DNA of 58,443 nt from Candidatus Roizmanbacteria bacterium CG_4_10_14_0_2_um_filter_39_13 (GTDB lineage: Bacteria > Patescibacteriota > Microgenomatia > UBA1406 > GWC2-37-13): assembly GCA_002792315.1 (NCBI GenBank), contig PFOB01000019.1, forward strand, positions 1-58,443. Reading direction: 5' to 3'. Positions 5,543-15,788 of the stretch are shown here, piece by piece. A program made the position numbers and the translations under genes. The notes below the pieces were generated by a model that saw only the letters and a list, made by a program, of their open reading frames with translations, was not told the DNA's origin and ran no database searches. The stretch's first letter is position 1, and each line of letters starts with the position of its first letter.

Positions 5543-7807
5543 TTATTGAGTGGTGACATTTTGGCGAGATTCTCCTTCATGGTTACAGTCTACACAGTAT
5601 TCTCCAAACATATCCTTTATGATGGTTTTTTCACGCATTTCAACTGCGGGGTTGTTTGGATCGGGGAGATATTGATCAGTGTCTTTGTTCACGGGGACCT
5701 GTTTTTTATATACGTTTGCTTTTGAGTTTGTCCCTTGAATCAAATATTCAAATCGTGTGGGGCAATTGTACCCTCCTTCTTGTTTTCCCGCGATCACACC
5801 GGTGTCTGAACACACTTGTGTACCAATCACTGTTGATGGTTTGACTGGAGGAAGATCTGGTTGATTTTCCACAAGATATGTCATCATCTTATTCCAGATC
5901 GGAGATGCACCGGTAAGACCTGAAGCAATTCCTGCCGCCATGGGAGTGAAATCATTGTTTCCAACCCACACCGTCACCGCAAAATTGGGAGTATATCCAA
6001 TTGTCCAATTGTCTCGCAAATCATTGGTTGTTCCGGTCTTAACCGATACCGTTTGGTTTTTTATGACAAGTTCAGAGTTTGGTCCAAAAGCTGATGTGCG
6101 AGCGCCGTTATCCGCGAGAATATGTGAAATGATAAATGCCGTTCCTTCAGAGATGGCCTTTTCTGCTTTCATTGAGAGGTAATTAGGTCGATCAATAGGT
6201 TTTTTTACATCCTGTACAAAGTTGTAATCTTTGTATTCATACACGGTTTTACCCGACTTGTTTTGGACTTTTAGAACATAATTAAGCTTTCGTGGGCGTC
6301 CTTGATTTGCAAATGCCGAAAAGGCTTGTGCCATCTCAGTCATGGCGACTTCGCCGCCACCGAGGGTGAGTGAAAGTCCGTATTGTGTAGGGTCTTTGAA
6401 AGATTCAATCAAAAATGCCGATGAGGAAGCAATAAAATCTTCAACACCATTGAATGCAAGCATTTTGACCGCGGGAATATTGTACGAATTTGCAAGTGCG
6501 TATCTCAACTGTACTGGTCCATGAAAGGAGTTATCATAGTTTTTTGGACAGTATGCCTTGGGTTGTCCGGGATTTGAAAAACAAGTAGGCACATCAAGAA
6601 ACATGGTTGAGGCAGTTACAATTCCTCGATCAATGCCAACGGCGTAATTAATCGGCTTGATTGATGAACCCGGCTGACGAGTACCTGAGGCCGTAACATT
6701 AAATGCACCGGAGCCTCCATCAAAATAGTTTACTGATCCAACCATTGCCAATATTTCTCCGGTCGGAGGGCGCGTGACGAGAACCGCACCATTCGTTACC
6801 TTGAACCGCGCAAGATCTTCTATTTCCTCTTTTGTTATTTTTTCTGCCTCTTCTTGAATATCAAGATCAAGTGTTGTAGTGACTTTAAGTCCACCCTCTT
6901 CAAGTTGCTTGAGGCCATATTCTTGCTCAAGAAGTTTCTTTACTTCAAATACAAAATGAGGAGCCTTGATTGTTGTTTTTGGGGGGAGCACTTCCACTGG
7001 CTTCTTTGTGGCGGCATCGAGTTGTTGCTCGGTGATATATCCTTCTTCTAACATTCTTCTGAGCACATTGTCACGTCTTGCTTTTGCACGATCAGGGTTG
7101 GTGTGGGGAGAATAGGTGGTGGGAGCTTGCGGAAGACCAGCAAGAAGCGCTGCTTCGTGAAGTTCAAGCTCATCAGGAGTCTTGCCAAAATATGTTTTTG
7201 CTGCTTGACCAATTCCATATGAAGATCCTCCATACGGAACTTGGTTTAGATACATTTCCAAAATCTCATCTTTTGAAAAAATCTGTTCTACCGATACAGC
7301 CAATATCATCTCTTTCAATTTACGCTGAATAGTCCGTTCTGGAGTGAGTAATGCGCTTTTCACAAGCTGTTGTGTGATGGTTGATCCTCCCTGAAGACTG
7401 TTATTTTGCAAATTATCTTTGATCGCGCGCAAGACCCCCGAAACGAATGAGACGCCGCCATGTTTGTAAAAATCCTTGTCTTCAACAGCGATTGTTGCTT
7501 TTATGAGATATTCAGGAAGTGTTTTCAATTTTACGGGAGTACGATTTTCTTCTCGATAAACTTCGTACAAAAGTTTTCCATTTCGATCGTAAATCTGACT
7601 TGAAATTGGTACCGCTTTATAATCCTTGAGAGAATTTGGATTGGGAAGTCCCTTAAAAATATAGAAGTAGATAGCTATTGCCACAATCCAAAATACAGCA
7701 AGTCCTCCAAGGCCTACAAAGGAGAACACCCAGAGTTTTGAAAAGTGTTTAGACTTGTGGAGTTTAAGATAGTTCAGCCAGCGTTTCATTAGAATATTAT
7801 TATACAT
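5543..7807 (-). CDS. class A penicillin-binding protein (glycosyltransferase + transpeptidase), copy 1
   Basis: Single N-terminal TM. GT51 blocks EDKDFYKHGGV, GGSTITQQLVK and RKLKE. Transpeptidase motifs SSIKP (SxxK) and KTGTTND. Confidence 0.9.
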   Translation of the reverse strand: MYNNILMKRWLNYLKLHKSKHFSKLWVFSFVGLGGLAVFWIVAIAIYFYIFKGLPNPNSLKDYKAVPISSQIYDRNGKLLYEVYREENRTPVKLKTLPEYLIKATIAVEDKDFYKHGGVSFVSGVLRAIKDNLQNNSLQGGSTITQQLVKSALLTPERTIQRKLKEMILAVSVEQIFSKDEILEMYLNQVPYGGSSYGIGQAAKTYFGKTPDELELHEAALLAGLPQAPTTYSPHTNPDRAKARRDNVLRRMLEEGYITEQQLDAATKKPVEVLPPKTTIKAPHFVFEVKKLLEQEYGLKQLEEGGLKVTTTLDLDIQEEAEKITKEEIEDLARFKVTNGAVLVTRPPTGEILAMVGSVNYFDGGSGAFNVTASGTRQPGSSIKPINYAVGIDRGIVTASTMFLDVPTCFSNPGQPKAYCPKNYDNSFHGPVQLRYALANSYNIPAVKMLAFNGVEDFIASSSAFLIESFKDPTQYGLSLTLGGGEVAMTEMAQAFSAFANQGRPRKLNYVLKVQNKSGKTVYEYKDYNFVQDVKKPIDRPNYLSMKAEKAISEGTAFIISHILADNGARTSAFGPNSELVIKNQTVSVKTGTTNDLRDNWTIGYTPNFAVTVWVGNNDFTPMAAGIASGLTGASPIWNKMMTYLVENQPDLPPVKPSTVIGTQVCSDTGVIAGKQEGGYNCPTRFEYLIQGTNSKANVYKKQVPVNKDTDQYLPDPNNPAVEMREKTIIKDMFGEYCVDCNHEGESRQNVTTQ

Positions 7808-7862
7808 TAGTAATGTATCGTTTTTTGCAGTTGAGATGAGGAATAAGTTACCAATAGAGTGA

Positions 7863-9275
7863 TTATTTTTTCAATCTTGGGAAAAGTGGCTCAATCTTCT
7901 TAATCTTTCCCGAAGTGACCTCCATAATTCTTTCCGATGTATGGGGAAGAAATGGTGCAAGATTGAGTCCTATGTTGTGAATTTTTTTGAGCCAGGTTTC
8001 AAGATGATTCTTACGGTTTTTGGCTTCGAGGCTCCATGGTTTTGCATCATTGATCTCTTTATTTATTACTTTAATTTCATTCCACAATTGTTCTAATGCC
8101 TCATTGAATCCAAACAGTTCAATCATTTTTACTATTTTTTCATCGGGAGCTTCGTTCTTAATTGTTATTTCCAGTTCATCTTTGGCTGCCATGGTCGTCA
8201 CTCTTGACACCAGATTTCCAAGCTCATTTGCAAGATCTGCATCATAGAGTTGCTCCATGCGAACATATGAAAAGTCACCATCGTCAAGTGCCGGAATCTC
8301 TCGAAGAAGATAATATCGTGTTGCATCAATGCCATACTTATTGACAAGCTCAACAGGATCAACAATATTGCCGGTTGATTTGCTAATCTTCTGACCATTC
8401 ATACTGATAAAGCCATGAATAAAGATTTGTTTTGAGGGGGAAAGCTGTGCTGACATTAGCATTGCTTGCCACATAGCAGACTGCTGTCTGAGATTGTCTT
8501 TTCCCGCAACTTGGACGCCGGGCCAATTTTTCTCAAAATTTTCCATGTCATTTGGCCAACCGAGCGTTGAAATATAATTGATGAGTGCATCAAACCAGAC
8601 ATACATCACATGATCTTCGTCACCAGGGACCGGTATGCCCCACGGCATCTTGCTCTTAATTCGGGAGATGCTAAAATCTTCAAGTCCGGCTGTTACAAAA
8701 TTACGAATTTCCTCAAGTCGGTGTGCTGGCATGACAAAATCAGGGTGATCATTGTATAACTTAAGAAGTTGGATCTGATATTTAGAGAATCTAAAAAAAT
8801 AGTTTTCCTCTTCGATGATATCAACTTCACGATTGGGATGCAGGGGACATTTACCATCTTCAAGTTCGGAGTCAGTTTTTCCTAATTCGCATCCGACACA
8901 ATATTTAATCTTGTAAGTATCTTTATATATGTCTCCATTTTTTTCGCATCGCATCCAAAATTCTTGTGCCGCTTTTTTATGATCAGGATTTGTTGTTCGA
9001 ATAAAGTTTGTGAAGCTGAGATTGAGAAGCTCTTTAAGATGTTTGAATTTTTCGGCGTATTCATCAACATACGTTTGAGGATCTTTTTTTTGCTCCATGG
9101 CTTTTTCATAAATTTTTGCACCATGTTCGTCAGTCCCGGTGTTAAATGTTACTTCATTCCCCGAAAGCTTCTGCGCACGTGCCCATGCGTCAGCTTGAAT
9201 GATTTCCAGAGCAAATCCAATATGTGGATCTGAATTTACATAAGGAGTGGTGGTTGTTATATATTTATTATTCAT
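7863..9275 (-). CDS. metG: methionine--tRNA ligase
   Basis: HIGH-type PHIGF and KMSKS-type KISKS motifs. I start it at ATG 9275 (MNNKYITTTTPYVN), which overlaps the stop of the upstream ORF (ATGAATAA), rather than at 9320. Confidence 0.9.
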   Translation of the reverse strand: MNNKYITTTTPYVNSDPHIGFALEIIQADAWARAQKLSGNEVTFNTGTDEHGAKIYEKAMEQKKDPQTYVDEYAEKFKHLKELLNLSFTNFIRTTNPDHKKAAQEFWMRCEKNGDIYKDTYKIKYCVGCELGKTDSELEDGKCPLHPNREVDIIEEENYFFRFSKYQIQLLKLYNDHPDFVMPAHRLEEIRNFVTAGLEDFSISRIKSKMPWGIPVPGDEDHVMYVWFDALINYISTLGWPNDMENFEKNWPGVQVAGKDNLRQQSAMWQAMLMSAQLSPSKQIFIHGFISMNGQKISKSTGNIVDPVELVNKYGIDATRYYLLREIPALDDGDFSYVRMEQLYDADLANELGNLVSRVTTMAAKDELEITIKNEAPDEKIVKMIELFGFNEALEQLWNEIKVINKEINDAKPWSLEAKNRKNHLETWLKKIHNIGLNLAPFLPHTSERIMEVTSGKIKKIEPLFPRLKK

Positions 9276-9612
9276 CTGTTTCAATTTTTGGTTTTTTATT
9301 TGGAAATAGCTTTGCCACAACTATTATAAATGATAGAAGGAGCAATGTATTGAAGAGTTCAAATCCGAGAATATAGTTCATGGAAAGTGCAATGAGAACA
9401 AAGGTCGTAATCATAATTTGACGTTTTTTTGAGAAGAAGTATGTTGAGACAATATATGAGATCAACGTCATCATGGTGACAAAGGTAAGAATAATACCAA
9501 TATGTGTTGGTGGAACAAACAAAACTATTACAATGCAACTGATCACCAATAATAGGAGAAGGATTAGCTTAGTGGATATGACTCGATGTCTGATGCGTCT
9601 TTCTGACTTCAT
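9268..9612 (-). CDS. small membrane protein, function unknown
   Basis: 114 aa with about 4 hydrophobic helices. Overlaps the metG start by 8 nt, so co-translation is likely. Confidence 0.45.
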   Translation of the reverse strand: MKSERRIRHRVISTKLILLLLLVISCIVIVLFVPPTHIGIILTFVTMMTLISYIVSTYFFSKKRQIMITTFVLIALSMNYILGFELFNTLLLLSFIIVVAKLFPNKKPKIETDE

Positions 9613-9726
9613 AATTCAAGGTTGCAACTTCATTCAGTATCAATTATAATTCTTCACATTGCTTTAAATGTAAGTAATTTATTTACAGAAGGCAGATTTT
9701 TTAATTCATATAATCACAAACATACA

Positions 9727-10005
9727 ATGGCTACAACCGCAAAGCTTCCCGAAAGCAAACAAGAGATAATCGATACATTTGCTCAAAAAGCAGGTGACAC
9801 CGGATCCCCAGAGGTACAAGTTGCCCTTCTTTCATTCAAAATTACTGGCTTATCAAGTCATCTTGAAGGAAATAAAAAAGATAATCATTCACGACGGGGA
9901 CTTCTCAAAGTGATCGCAAAACGAAGAAGAATTCTCAATTACCTTCAAAAGCTTGACGAAAAACGGTACAAGGTGCTCATTAAAAAAGTAGGACTTAAGA
10001 AATAA
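9727..10005 (+). CDS. rpsO: 30S ribosomal protein S15
   Basis: MATTAKL..., with HSRRGLLKVIAKRRRILNYL as the S15 signature region. ATG at 9727. The 9622-9726 part of the tracked ORF is treated as non-coding. Confidence 0.9.
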   Translation: MATTAKLPESKQEIIDTFAQKAGDTGSPEVQVALLSFKITGLSSHLEGNKKDNHSRRGLLKVIAKRRRILNYLQKLDEKRYKVLIKKVGLKK

Positions 10006-10038
10006 TTATTATTTAAGAAAGAATCTTCGAAAAGAGGT

Positions 10039-10141
10039 GTGTAGCGTATAACGTTAATTGAATAACTCTTTGGTTGTTCACTTGACGATACGCGTTACAC
10101 AATTCATTACTACCAAAAAGTTAGTAACGTTTGCAATACGC
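10039..10141 (+). promoter_or_regulatory. structured rpsO-pnp intergenic leader with mutually exclusive helices
   Basis: GTGTAGCGTAT (10039-10049) pairs with ATACGCGTTACAC (10088-10100). Alternatively, GCGTATAACGTT (10044-10055) pairs with AACGTT..ATACGC (10126-10131 and 10136-10141). Confidence 0.45.
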
Positions 10142-10176
10142 ATCTTCCCAGAACTCTTTCCCACACATTTATTGTT

Positions 10177-12402
10177 ATGAAACAATACGAAAAAACCATC
10201 GATGTCGATGGTAAAACTCTCAAGCTTCAGTTTGGGACCATGGCGAAAGCCGCGACATCATCTGTATTTGCCTGTATGGGCGATACATGCGTTCTTGTTG
10301 CTATTACTATTGGAAAAGAAAACAAGAATCTTGACTACTTTCCTCTTCAAGTGGAATATGTCGAGCGCCTCTATGCAGGGGGAATTATCAAAGGATCTCG
10401 CTGGGTGAAGCGTGAAGGTCGACCGACCGATGATGCGATTTTGAAAGGTCGTATTATTGATCGATCAATTCGACCACTCTTTCCAAAAACATATCGACGT
10501 GAGCTCCAAGTAGTTATCACCCTGATGTCACTTGACAAAGAGCATTCGCCAGAAATAGTATCACTGAATGCAGTTTCTGCCGCACTTCATGCATCTCCCG
10601 CTCCGTGGAACGGCCCCGTTGCCGGAACCCGTATCGGATATGTCAATGGAGATACTGATGAACGTCAAACACTCGTCATCAATCCAACTCAAGCACAAGA
10701 TGCACAGTCATCCCTTGATCTGTTTGTCACCTCAAATCGTGACAACAAAGTAATGATGCTCGAGACTGCCTCTGATGAACTTCCCAATGAAGTAATTCAG
10801 GATGGAATCAAGTTGGCAAAAATCGAGAATATGAAGCTTATTGAAATGATGGAGCAGGTTCGAAAAGATATCGGTCAAGAAAAAGAAGTAGTCTCCGAAA
10901 GTGTTGTTGATGAGAAATTGAAAAAGATTTTAACAACCACATTCAAAGAAGATCTTCAAGGAGTCATCGATTATAAACTTGAAAAAGAGTTTGATGATGG
11001 ATCATATGTTGCAAAAATTGTTGAAAAAGTTGTTGAAGTTACGGGAGAAGATTTTGAAGAAAAGGCAATTGCTGATGCGATTGACTATTTGACTAAAAAA
11101 CTCATCTGCAGTAACACCATCGAAACTAAGAAACGTATTGACGGTCGCGGAATTGATGAAATTCGAAAACTCAGTGCAGAAATTGGCATATTACCACGAA
11201 CTCATGGCACTGGAATGTTTACCCGCGGTGATACGCAGGTGCTTTCAGTTGCCACTCTTGGCGCACCCGGTCTTGAACAACTTATTGAAGGACCAAATGG
11301 TCAAGAAGAAAAACGGTACATTCATCATTACAACTTTCCACTGTATTCAGTTGGAGAAACGGGTCGCATTGGATTTACCTCTCGACGCGAGATTGGACAT
11401 GGAGCGCTAGCTGAAAAAGCGCTTGTTCCCGTCCTTCCTTCACAAAAGGAATTTCCCTATGTCATTCGCATTGTGTCTGAAGTTTTGACTTCAAATGGCT
11501 CAACTTCAATGGCATCAACTTGTGGATCTTCTCTTGCACTCATGGATGCAGGAGTACCAATCAAACGTCCAGTTGCGGGAATTGCAATGGGAATGATGTC
11601 AGTGTCAGATGATAACTATGTCATTTTGACCGACATTATGGGAATTGAAGATTTCTCTGGTGAGATGGATTTTAAAGTCACTGGAACAACCGAAGGAGTC
11701 ACTGCGGTACAACTTGATGTTAAAAACAATGGTCTCACCGATGAAATGGTAGACGAGATTATGACTCGAGCACAAGCTGCACGACTTAAAATTATTGACG
11801 TAATGAACAAAGCAATCGCACAGCCAAAAGCAGAAATTTCTCAGTATGCCCCAAGCATTGAAGAAATTCAGCTGAATAAAGAATTAATTGGCACCGTGAT
11901 CGGTCCTGGTGGAAAGATGATCAGAAGTATCATTGAAAATACCGGTACTGAAATCAATGTCAATGACGAGGGACTGGTGACTGTAGCTGGCGTAGATCGT
12001 GCAAAAGTTGCCGAAGCAATAGAATTTATTAAAAACTTAGTTCGAGAAATTGAACCAGGTGAAGAGTTTGAAGGAACAGTAACGAGGCTCATGGCCTTTG
12101 GTGCATTTGTCGAGGTTCTTCCGGGAAAAGAAGGATTGGTTCATGTCTCAAAGATGAGCTCAGGCTTTGTTAAAGATCCTGCTGATATCGTATCAGTTGG
12201 AGACAAAGTAAAAGTTAAGGTCAATGAAATCGACAGTCAAGGAAGAATCAACCTTCAAATGACGGCAATGCCTGATGGTACCCCAATTGTGATTCAGGAG
12301 CAACCACAAGGCTCTGATGGTCGTCGTCAAGGTGGAGGCAGCTATGATCGAGGAGATCGAAATAGTAGACCCCAACGTCGAGACACTCGTCGTCGGTTCT
12401 AA
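10177..12402 (+). CDS. pnp: polyribonucleotide nucleotidyltransferase (PNPase)
   Basis: Two RNase PH-like halves, a KH domain (GPGGKMIRSI) and an S1 domain (GTVTRLMAFGAFVEV). Sits directly downstream of rpsO, the classical arrangement. Confidence 0.95.
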   Translation: MKQYEKTIDVDGKTLKLQFGTMAKAATSSVFACMGDTCVLVAITIGKENKNLDYFPLQVEYVERLYAGGIIKGSRWVKREGRPTDDAILKGRIIDRSIRPLFPKTYRRELQVVITLMSLDKEHSPEIVSLNAVSAALHASPAPWNGPVAGTRIGYVNGDTDERQTLVINPTQAQDAQSSLDLFVTSNRDNKVMMLETASDELPNEVIQDGIKLAKIENMKLIEMMEQVRKDIGQEKEVVSESVVDEKLKKILTTTFKEDLQGVIDYKLEKEFDDGSYVAKIVEKVVEVTGEDFEEKAIADAIDYLTKKLICSNTIETKKRIDGRGIDEIRKLSAEIGILPRTHGTGMFTRGDTQVLSVATLGAPGLEQLIEGPNGQEEKRYIHHYNFPLYSVGETGRIGFTSRREIGHGALAEKALVPVLPSQKEFPYVIRIVSEVLTSNGSTSMASTCGSSLALMDAGVPIKRPVAGIAMGMMSVSDDNYVILTDIMGIEDFSGEMDFKVTGTTEGVTAVQLDVKNNGLTDEMVDEIMTRAQAARLKIIDVMNKAIAQPKAEISQYAPSIEEIQLNKELIGTVIGPGGKMIRSIIENTGTEINVNDEGLVTVAGVDRAKVAEAIEFIKNLVREIEPGEEFEGTVTRLMAFGAFVEVLPGKEGLVHVSKMSSGFVKDPADIVSVGDKVKVKVNEIDSQGRINLQMTAMPDGTPIVIQEQPQGSDGRRQGGGSYDRGDRNSRPQRRDTRRRF

Positions 12403-12437
12403 AACATACGCGGTAACATAAATATTACCATAATAAG

Positions 12438-12463
12438 GACGGGGCTTTTGCCCCGTCTTTTTA
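12438..12463 (+). terminator. intrinsic terminator of pnp
   Basis: GACGGGGC-TTTT-GCCCCGTC (12438-12457) followed by TTTTT. Confidence 0.8.
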
Positions 12464-12533
12464 TTGAGAAATTCGCTCTGTCGTACCTTTCATCACACGA
12501 AAATTAGTATTTTGATATACAATTTAAGGAATC

Positions 12534-13397
12534 ATGAACTGGATAATTCTCACGGTACTCGCGATAGTTTCTCGAGCAACGTATAGTCTCGGAACAAGAT
12601 TGCTTAGTCGCAATGTTACGGTTTCTCCCATCACTCTTTCATTTCTCTTAACATTTACCACCGGACTATTAGTATTACTTTTTAATCCACTGGTGGGAGG
12701 GCTTGATTTTAGTGGAGTGAAAAGTAATCTATTCACCCTATTACTTATTGTCATTACCTCTGTAGTTGGAAATATTGTTTATTTTGCCGGACAGAAAAAA
12801 CTTGATGCAGGTGTGACCCAGATTATTTTTTCATCAATTCTCATTTGGGGAGGTATTCTTTCAGTTCTTTTTTTAGAGAGTACTTTTTCAATACAACAAG
12901 TTGTCGGCATGATCATTCTTCTTACCGCAATTATTATGATTCAGTATAAAAAAGGAAAAATATCTTTAAATAAAAGTGCTGCTTATATTGTTCTATCAGC
13001 GATGTTGTTTGCATTTTTTCAAGTGGGAAGTGCTCAGGTTTCTTCGATGATAAGTGCCGCTGCATATTTGTTGATTACTTCATTTGGCACTGCCTTCGCC
13101 ATATTAATTATCTACTTCAATACCATTAAAAAAGATTATGCACCATTAAGAACTCATTTAAAAAGTACTGTTCATAATCTATTCTTTGCAAGTGGAACGA
13201 GTTCACTCTATATGGTGTTTTCATTTTTGGCATATAAAGATGCACCTGATAGAGGTGTTGTTGTAGTACTCCTTACATCCCAAGTAATATTATCGGTACT
13301 ATTTGGAATTGTTTTTTTGAAGGAGCGGAAAAATATTACAATGAAAGTGATTGCAGGAGTGTTAGCTTTGGTTGCGGGGATACTGATAAAAACTTAA
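12534..13397 (+). CDS. EamA/DMT-family transporter
   Basis: 287 aa with about ten hydrophobic helices in a two-repeat layout. Family-level call only. Confidence 0.65.
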   Translation: MNWIILTVLAIVSRATYSLGTRLLSRNVTVSPITLSFLLTFTTGLLVLLFNPLVGGLDFSGVKSNLFTLLLIVITSVVGNIVYFAGQKKLDAGVTQIIFSSILIWGGILSVLFLESTFSIQQVVGMIILLTAIIMIQYKKGKISLNKSAAYIVLSAMLFAFFQVGSAQVSSMISAAAYLLITSFGTAFAILIIYFNTIKKDYAPLRTHLKSTVHNLFFASGTSSLYMVFSFLAYKDAPDRGVVVVLLTSQVILSVLFGIVFLKERKNITMKVIAGVLALVAGILIKT

Positions 13398-13535
13398 TTT
13401 TGGGAATAAGCGTTCTCGCTCATATTTACATACAATGCTCTGCGTGATAAGATGAAATTATCCTCATGTAACAGGTTTTAGAAATATGTCTCAAAATAGT
13501 TATATGTTGTATGTTATTTATTTTTGTAAACAGTA

Positions 13536-15677
13536 ATGGGTAGAAGAAAAAAACAGTGGTATTCGAAATTTTCGGTCAATAATAAAACTTTTTTTAATAT
13601 TCTTGGTTTTTTTTTGATTATAATCGGAATCATTATTCTTGCTTCATTTTCACAGTTGTTTTCATCGGCAAGTAGGAGTCAGGTACTTAAACAGGTGAAT
13701 GATCAGATTCTACAGCTGTTTGGCGGTTTGGCAATATTTATCCCGTTCATAATATTTCTTATTTCTGGACATTTTTTTAATACCAAAAAACTCAAGTTTG
13801 TGCGATTCAATGTTACGGTCGGATCACTGATTCTCCTTATTGCACTTCTGGGACTCTTTCGGTCCGGCATGATTGGTAAATTAATTTATGACAATTTATC
13901 TCTTGATTTCACCCCACTTGGATCACTTTCAATTTTACTTGTGTCATTTATCATCGGATTTATCTTATTTCTTGATACATCAATTGATGTTATGGTGGTA
14001 ACGTTTCAAAAATTTACGTCACCGATTGTGAAACTTATGAAAGTCGCAATGAGTCATAAAGGAAAGGCAAAGGATGATCGTGAACAATTAGACAAATCAA
14101 GTGATGGTTTTATTCGTGATCATACCATTCTCAATAAACCACAACCTGCAGCCTCTCAACCGCAGACACCTGCCAAAGCAATTGCTGCAAAAGCAATGCT
14201 TGAGGGAAATTTATCAATCAAGCCAATAAAGCAAAGCAATTCCTCAACTTGGGTGTATCCACCAAATACTCTTTTGAATGAAGTGAAACAAGGAGATGCA
14301 GATCGTGGTGATGTGAAAGGAAATGCACATATCATTGAAAAAACGCTCGACAGTTTTGGCATTCGTACGCGTGTGGCTGAGGTCAATTTCGGTCCAACAG
14401 TCACGCAATATGCTATCGAGATCACGATGGGTACCAAGCTTTCAAAAATCACCGCACTTTCAAATGATCTCGCACTCGCACTCGCCGCTCCGACGGGGCT
14501 TGTTCGTATTGAGGCGCCCATTCCCGGAAGATCGCTTGTCGGAATTGAAATTCCAAATATTAAGCCACAATTGGTCACCTTGAGACAGCTTATGACAACG
14601 GATCCGCTTTCGCAAAAAGGAGGGGATCCACTTGTGGTGCCACTTGGTCTTGATGTATCAGGAGAGCAGCGCTCGGCAAGTTTGGCCGGAATGCCCCATG
14701 TTTTGATTGCTGGTACAACTGGTTCAGGAAAATCTGTCATGTTGAATGCATGGATCACAACGCTTATGATGCGAACACGTCCGGATGAACTTCGAATGAT
14801 TCTTGTTGATCCAAAACAGGTTGAAATGGTGCAATACAATGGTGCGCCTCATCTACTCACTGATGTTATTACCGATCCAAGTAAAGTAGTTTCTGCGCTT
14901 CGTTGGTCAGTGGGGGAGATGGAAGCTCGATATAAGGAACTCGCACAAGCTGGGGTCAGAAATCTGGAGGGATTCAATAAAATTGAGGGAATTGAGCGAA
15001 AACCATATATCATTTTTGTGATTGATGAGCTTGCAGATCTTATGATGTATGCAGCAAATGACGTGGAAGATCTTATTACACGGATCGCACAAAAAGCGCG
15101 AGCGGTAGGGATTCATCTTATTCTTACGACTCAACGGCCATCGGTAGATGTTATTACCGGACTCATGAAAGCAAATATTCCAACCCGAATCGCATTTAAC
15201 GTCTCGTCAATGATTGATTCACGGGTCATTATTGATATGCCGGGTGCCGAGAAGCTTTTGGGTCGCGGAGATATGTTTTATCTTCCACCAGATCAAGCGA
15301 AGCCTCGTCGTATTCAGGGACCATATTTGACCGAACAAGAAGTGGGAGATGTGGTCAAATTCCTCAAATCTCAAGTGCCAATTGTCCAGTACACTGAAGA
15401 AATTACCGAACAAGATAAACCACGGTTAGGCGGCATGCCTGGTGCAGCTGGAGGAGGATCAAACAGCCAAGACGAACTATTTGATCAAGCGGTAGAGCTG
15501 ATCTCGCAAGCAGATAAAGCCTCAGCTTCGATGTTTCAGCGAAAACTGCGCGTCGGATATGCGCGTGCTGCACGAATTCTTGATGAACTTCATGAAGCGG
15601 GGTATGTCGGACCGGCACAAGGGTCAAAGCCTCGTGAGATTATTAGTGAGCGGTTTCAAAAGGAGGCAACAGAATAA
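13536..15677 (+). CDS. ftsK: DNA translocase FtsK/SpoIIIE
   Basis: N-terminal TM block, linker, Walker A GTTGSGKS, Walker B FVIDELADL, and a C-terminal gamma winged helix (FQRKLRVGYARAARILDELHEAGYV). Confidence 0.9.
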   Translation: MGRRKKQWYSKFSVNNKTFFNILGFFLIIIGIIILASFSQLFSSASRSQVLKQVNDQILQLFGGLAIFIPFIIFLISGHFFNTKKLKFVRFNVTVGSLILLIALLGLFRSGMIGKLIYDNLSLDFTPLGSLSILLVSFIIGFILFLDTSIDVMVVTFQKFTSPIVKLMKVAMSHKGKAKDDREQLDKSSDGFIRDHTILNKPQPAASQPQTPAKAIAAKAMLEGNLSIKPIKQSNSSTWVYPPNTLLNEVKQGDADRGDVKGNAHIIEKTLDSFGIRTRVAEVNFGPTVTQYAIEITMGTKLSKITALSNDLALALAAPTGLVRIEAPIPGRSLVGIEIPNIKPQLVTLRQLMTTDPLSQKGGDPLVVPLGLDVSGEQRSASLAGMPHVLIAGTTGSGKSVMLNAWITTLMMRTRPDELRMILVDPKQVEMVQYNGAPHLLTDVITDPSKVVSALRWSVGEMEARYKELAQAGVRNLEGFNKIEGIERKPYIIFVIDELADLMMYAANDVEDLITRIAQKARAVGIHLILTTQRPSVDVITGLMKANIPTRIAFNVSSMIDSRVIIDMPGAEKLLGRGDMFYLPPDQAKPRRIQGPYLTEQEVGDVVKFLKSQVPIVQYTEEITEQDKPRLGGMPGAAGGGSNSQDELFDQAVELISQADKASASMFQRKLRVGYARAARILDELHEAGYVGPAQGSKPREIISERFQKEATE

Positions 15678-15788
15678 ACTTCAAATTGTTAGAAAAATAG
15701 AGTTATCACAATCTGAATTATACTTTTGAGTTAAATTAAAACAATCAATTCTTTGAATATATAACCTGTAGTATAATATTAAGTATAT

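Noticed and set aside
5940-6182. About 80-aa antisense ORFs at homologous positions of both class A PBP genes (5940-6182 and 51059-51304), with similar translations
   Set aside because: The similarity is a by-product of conservation of the sense-strand KTGTTND/VWVGNND region in the two paralogues. There is no independent evidence for expression.
14156-14839. 227-aa antisense ORF inside ftsK
   Set aside because: It lies entirely opposite the conserved FtsK motor region. Its Ser/Pro/Gly-rich, low-information translation is typical of a shadow frame in a locally GC-richer gene. It has no promoter or RBS context.
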